64,000 nt of DNA from the human T2T-CHM13v2.0 reference genome, Homo sapiens. This document shows positions 59,600 to 64,000 of the stretch, in pieces (within the stretch, counting starts at the first letter, position 1; every line of letters starts with the position of its first letter). The notes beneath the pieces are model-generated. The model saw nothing but the letters and a program-made list of their open reading frames with translations, was not told the origin of the DNA and searched no databases. Where the stretch lies: assembly GCF_009914755.1 (NCBI RefSeq), contig NC_060926.1, one strand, 5' to 3'. Made by a program: the position numbers and the translations under genes.

Positions 59600-60725
59600 C
59601 AGGAGGAAACAGAGATAACTCAATAAATACAAGATTTTGTTCTAAGCTCCAAATAGTATGATCGGAAAGTTTTAAGAAGTTATTACAACCATAAAAAAGA
59701 ATATGACGCTATGAGAAGAAGAGTAATTGCAGAAAGCAAGAAAGAGATTTTAAAGACTAAAAATCCCTAAGTGTGCAGCACAACTAATGAAAAAGAAACA
59801 GAAGTAGACACTTTATTGTAAACTTTCCAACTGCAGAGTAAAAAACTTAAAAAAAAAAAAAACTCCAGAAAAAAAACAATTAGATCTCTTAGTGAGAATG
59901 AAGCTAGCATCAAAGTTATCATCTTCAACAATGAAAACTAAAGAAAGAAAACAAACATCAATGTTCTGTAGGAAAATAATTTTCAACTTAGAATCCTATA
60001 CCCAACTAACCTGTAACCCAAGTGTGAGGCTAGAAATACATATGTTTCAGACAGGAAAGAACTCACACATTTTATCTCCCTTGCTCTTTTCTTCTAAAAT
60101 TGTTTCAGATGTGTTCTACCTAAAGAGGTGAAAAATGAGAAAAACAATAATACAATATTCAGGAAACAATGGCTACAAACTAGGAGAGCAATAAAGAAGA
60201 ATCTGTGCCAGAGATGCTCAGGCCTAGAGAGAATTTAGTCCAGATGGAAGATGAAGGAGGGGGATTTCTGAGGAAAAATAGTGGGGGAGTTTTAGAGATT
60301 TTATATTATTATCAATCATTTTTCTTTAAATATGCATTAATATTTTGTCTGCATCTTAAATATGTCAAAAATTCATGAAAAAGAAAATCATTAAGAAACT
60401 CAAAGAAAAATATTGTTCAATAAAGCTATTTTATCTGAATAAAGCCTGTAAACTAGTTAATAATAATGTGCCAATGTACATTTCTTAGTTTTGATCACTG
60501 TACTGTGGACAAGCAGTGTTAATAATAAAGGAAGCAGAGTAAAGGATGTATAGGAACCCTCCATATTATTTTTGCAACTTTTCTCTATATTCAAAATTAA
60601 TTCAAGACAATTTCTTTTTATTTTGAAGAAAAAGGTAAAATGATAGTTGTGTGCTACTTGATTGTACAGTGAACAATAATTATGTAGTCAAAACATAACC
60701 AGTGAAAAATAATAGAGTAACAACA
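59600..60725 (+). mobile_element. HAL1 or old L1 ORF1-like remnant plus an L1M 3' fragment (~60445-60620)
   Basis: ORF 59892..60131 (RMKLASKLSSSTMK) and ttttcaacttagaatcctatacccaac resemble the L1 ORF1 C-terminal FQPRILYP region. Confidence 0.55.
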
Positions 60726-60749
60726 CAAAGCAATTAGTAACTTAGTCTG

Positions 60750-61774
60750 TGGTATGACTTTGATTTTGTCTGCATCGCAAGCAGTGTTGCTTGAGTGAAA
60801 TGTTGCCAACTAGATGGTCAAAGTGCCAAATAGCAAAATCTTTACCTGCAGCTGTTACCAGGACTTATGTCAGAAAATTGCCTGCTGCCTCGGACTAGAA
60901 TTAGGCATAATGTTTACTGAAAAATTGGGTGACTGGGAAATATCTGTGGAAATTGGTGAGAGCGTACATGGAGAGGAAGATATTTACATGGTTTAGAGTG
61001 ACTGTGGCAAAATCAGTAGCAATCTGTTGGAATTTCTAATCATGATTAATGCCTGTAGATTGCTGCAGCCAACTGGGTTACTACATTTTACCCACATTTC
61101 CCTTATAACTGGGAACATAAAAAAAATAAAGCCAAGCCCCAGTTGTGACCAAAATTGTTGCAAATATAGTGTGTACAGCAGACACTGATCATACCATCCC
61201 TATGACATATACACTCCTAAGATTCAGGGCTTGTTGGCATACCAACTCATAACTTGTATATGAAGACAACTGGCATATTATTCTTAAAGTGGATGAAGAA
61301 TAATATTGCTCAGTGAAGAAATTGTTTCTCACCTGTTGTTCATGGAACTAAGAACATAACCTCTAGTGAAGACCACATGAATGTGGCCTTTATCATGATT
61401 CATAAAGATGAGAAGTAGGCCACGGACAAGCACCTCCTTGTAATATCAGGAAACACAAAAGATCAACTGACCACTCTTGTGGGTTTCAAAGTGCCAACTG
61501 GCCTACTTTTTGCCATTAAAGCCATAGTATTCTCTATGATGAAAATACTTTAATTTCAGGCTCTCCTGACTCATGGAATCTTTTCTGGCCTAGCCATCTC
61601 TTGCATCACTAATTTGTGCCTTGATGCAGTGATAGTCACCAATATCATACCTATGGAGAGCAAGATAAATTATTGCCTCAAAATTAAACTGTTCAATATT
61701 TTCATGAGCCTTGATGAAAGCACTGAAGGAATTCAACTTGGGGAAACTTCCTTTCCGGTCCATCATCTTTTTAA
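60750..61774 (+). pseudogene. Processed pseudogene of ribose-phosphate pyrophosphokinase 1 (PRPS1-derived), full CDS length, disrupted
   Basis: From GTG at 60823: [28 protein letters not shown]...[36 protein letters not shown] aligns to PRPS1 [28 protein letters not shown]...[36 protein letters not shown]. Later FPYNWEHKKNK (FPYARQDKKDK), LTHGIFSGLAIS and AVIVTNIIP. About 950 bp and intronless, versus 318 codons; premature TAG at 60994-60996 plus frameshifts. The KIF N-terminus favours PRPS1 over PRPS2 (VLF). Confidence 0.93.
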
Positions 61775-61809
61775 AACATATTAACTTTTAATTTTGTTTT
61801 TAAAAATAG

Positions 61810-64000
61810 GAGCCTTTCAGCAGAAATTTGAGGTCAAGTTGGCTACAGTCTGCAGTATAGAGTACAAGAGAGAAAAGAGCTACATAGAGAGAGAAAGCCA
61901 GAGATCTGCAGAGTATACTTTCAAAGTCCTCATCTGAGTACAAAGGGGTACATGGATATGAGGAGATTACTCAAAGCTCATGAAGGAACCACCCAAAAGA
62001 AGCAGAGGAAAAAACGATGGGAGCTCACACAGGACCAAAAATTATTACTGTACTGTTCTTTAAGCCAGAAGCAAAATAATACCAGATGGAAATCCATCTG
62101 GTACAGAGGACTGAGGAGCACAGGAAATGGTTTCTTTTTAACTGGTAAATATAAACAATTACTTTTTGTTATACAAATACTTTTGAAGGGCAATTGACTA
62201 TTTAAATCAATAGTAATAACAAAGTGTTGGAATTTGTAGCATGTAAAAGTAAAATGTGGATGATAATATAGCTCAAAAGGGCAGGAGAGAAAAATGAAAG
62301 TGTATTGTTGAGAAATTGAACTGAAAAACAAAGCAAAAAAGAAAACAAATAGTAAGATGGTAAATTTCAATTCAACTGTATCAATATTCACAGTAAATGT
62401 GAAATATTTCAATTAAAAGGCAGACAATATCAGATGGCTAAATAAGTAAGGCCTAACTCCATATGTCATATAAGATACACGCTTAAAATGTAAAGACACA
62501 AGTAAAGTAAAAGGATAGAAAAAGATATGCCTGATAACACTAATCTAAAAAAGCTATAGTCTGTTTAATATCATATAAAGCAGATTTCAGAGCAAAAATG
62601 TATGTATTTTCATGGAAAAGTGGTAATTGCATATAAAAAAGAGTTATATGCAACTCTTTTTTAAAGAGTTATAAAAGAGGACATACAAATTCCCAACATT
62701 TATGCACCTAAAACAGAGCTTCAAAACACATAAAGCAAAAACTAATAGAACTGTAAGAAGAGACAAATCCACAACTATATTTGGTCTATACATTTACCAA
62801 CATAGACTATATTGTGAGTTGTAAAGCTGTCTAAGTAAATGTAAAAGAAAAACAAAGTATGTTCTCCTTTGGTGGAATTAAACTGAAAAACAATTTCAGA
62901 ATAATATTTAAAAATCTTTAAGATTTGAAAACTAAATGATACACTTCTAAGTTATCCATGAAAAGTATCATAAGAAAAATTAGAAAATATTTTATATAAA
63001 AGATAATTAAAATCATAATATGTAAAATATTATTGAACACGGCAAAGTAGTTCTCAAAGAGAAATTTATAGCACAAACATCTATATCCGTGAAGAAGAAA
63101 TGTTTGAAATTAAAGACCTCACATTCTGTCTAAAGAAACTAGCAAAAGAACAAACAAAATCAAAGTTAAAAGAATAAAAGTAGTAATAAAAATCAAAGTG
63201 AGAGTGAAATCAATGAATTAGAAAACAGAAAAAAATAAATAAAATCAATCAAACCTAAAACTAGTTCTTTGGGATGATGAATAAAATTGACAAACCTATT
63301 TCCAGATATATCAGGACAAACAGAAAGAAGCCAATAATAATCAGTAGCAGGAAAGAGACAGGTGATATGATTTCACATTCTACAGATACTAAATAGCTAA
63401 GAAGGGAATGTTATGAAAAATATTTTTCCAGCATTTCTGACAGTTTACATGAAATAGACAAATTCTTGGGAAAAGAACAAATAAAAAACAATGCCCACAC
63501 AAAAAGGAATAGATAGTCAGCATACCCCTATGTGTATTACAGAAATTGAATGTTTAGTTGAAAACCTTCCTACAACAAAACTCTAGCTCCAGACGGCTTC
63601 CCTGGTACATTACATAAAATTGTTAAAGAAAAAAAATACTACTTCTATATAAGGTTTTATCAAAAATTGTGGAGGAAGAAATAACATTCCAACTCATTGT
63701 ATGAGACCAGCAGCACTCTGATACCAAATTCAGATTAAGACATTTCAAGAAAACACAATTACATATCAATATATCTTAGGAACATAGATGCAAAAAATTT
63801 TAACAAACATTTAAAAAAATCAAGACTTACCATACATAAAAAGATGTCACACTGTTACCAATTTCATGGTTTATTTCAGGAATGCAACATTTGTTTACCA
63901 TTCACAAATTTAAAAATATAATTCTTTGTATTAACAGACTAAAAAGGAAATCCATGATCATTTCAATAGATGCAGAAAAATATTTGACAACATTTGTGTT
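61810..64000 (+). mobile_element. Old L1M (5' fragment, end of ORF1, ORF2 endonuclease to RT), runs off the window
   Basis: ORF2 start near 62357 (tcaatattcacagtaaatgtg); gctccagacggcttc (PDGF); aacatagatgcaaaa (NIDAK); atcatttcaatagatgcagaaaaa (IISIDAEK). Confidence 0.88.

Noticed and set aside
60709-60721. ataatagagtaac upstream of the pseudogene resembles my recollection of the PRPS1 stop/3'-UTR junction (possible circular permutation)
   Set aside because: Sits in HAL1/L1-like AT-rich sequence, does not extend, rests on memory only, and an exact match is implausible given the pseudogene's divergence
60814-61774. Functional PRPS1, PRPS2 or PRPS1L1 gene
   Set aside because: Premature stop at 60994, several frameshifts and a destroyed PRPP-binding motif; far too diverged to be PRPS1L1 itself

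Overview
Primate, almost certainly human, genomic DNA. It is AT-rich, repeat-dense and intergenic or intronic; an AluYa5 with all five diagnostic positions points to human. No intact protein-coding gene is supported. Main contents: (1) a full-length, intronless, heavily decayed processed pseudogene of X-linked PRPS1 (ribose-phosphate pyrophosphokinase 1) at ~60.75-61.77 kb (+); (2) a ~5.4 kb HERV-L provirus on the minus strand (19094-24516) with decayed gag, protease, RT, RNase H, integrase and dUTPase, a near-complete MLT2A 3' LTR, and a 5' LTR cut to ~90 bp by an internal deletion; (3) about a dozen Alu elements or fragments, many old L1M/L1P, L2 and MIR pieces, MaLR/ERVL solo LTRs (THE1B, MLT1, MER21-like) and DNA-transposon relics (MER20, MER46C-like); (4) several unique stretches with strong splice signals, raised CpG density or homeodomain-site clusters that may be lncRNA exons or conserved enhancers. 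Repeat subfamily calls come from remembered consensus sequences and need RepeatMasker/Dfam confirmation; boundaries of old repeats are approximate. I found no convincing previously undescribed biological system. The leads below are modest and testable.
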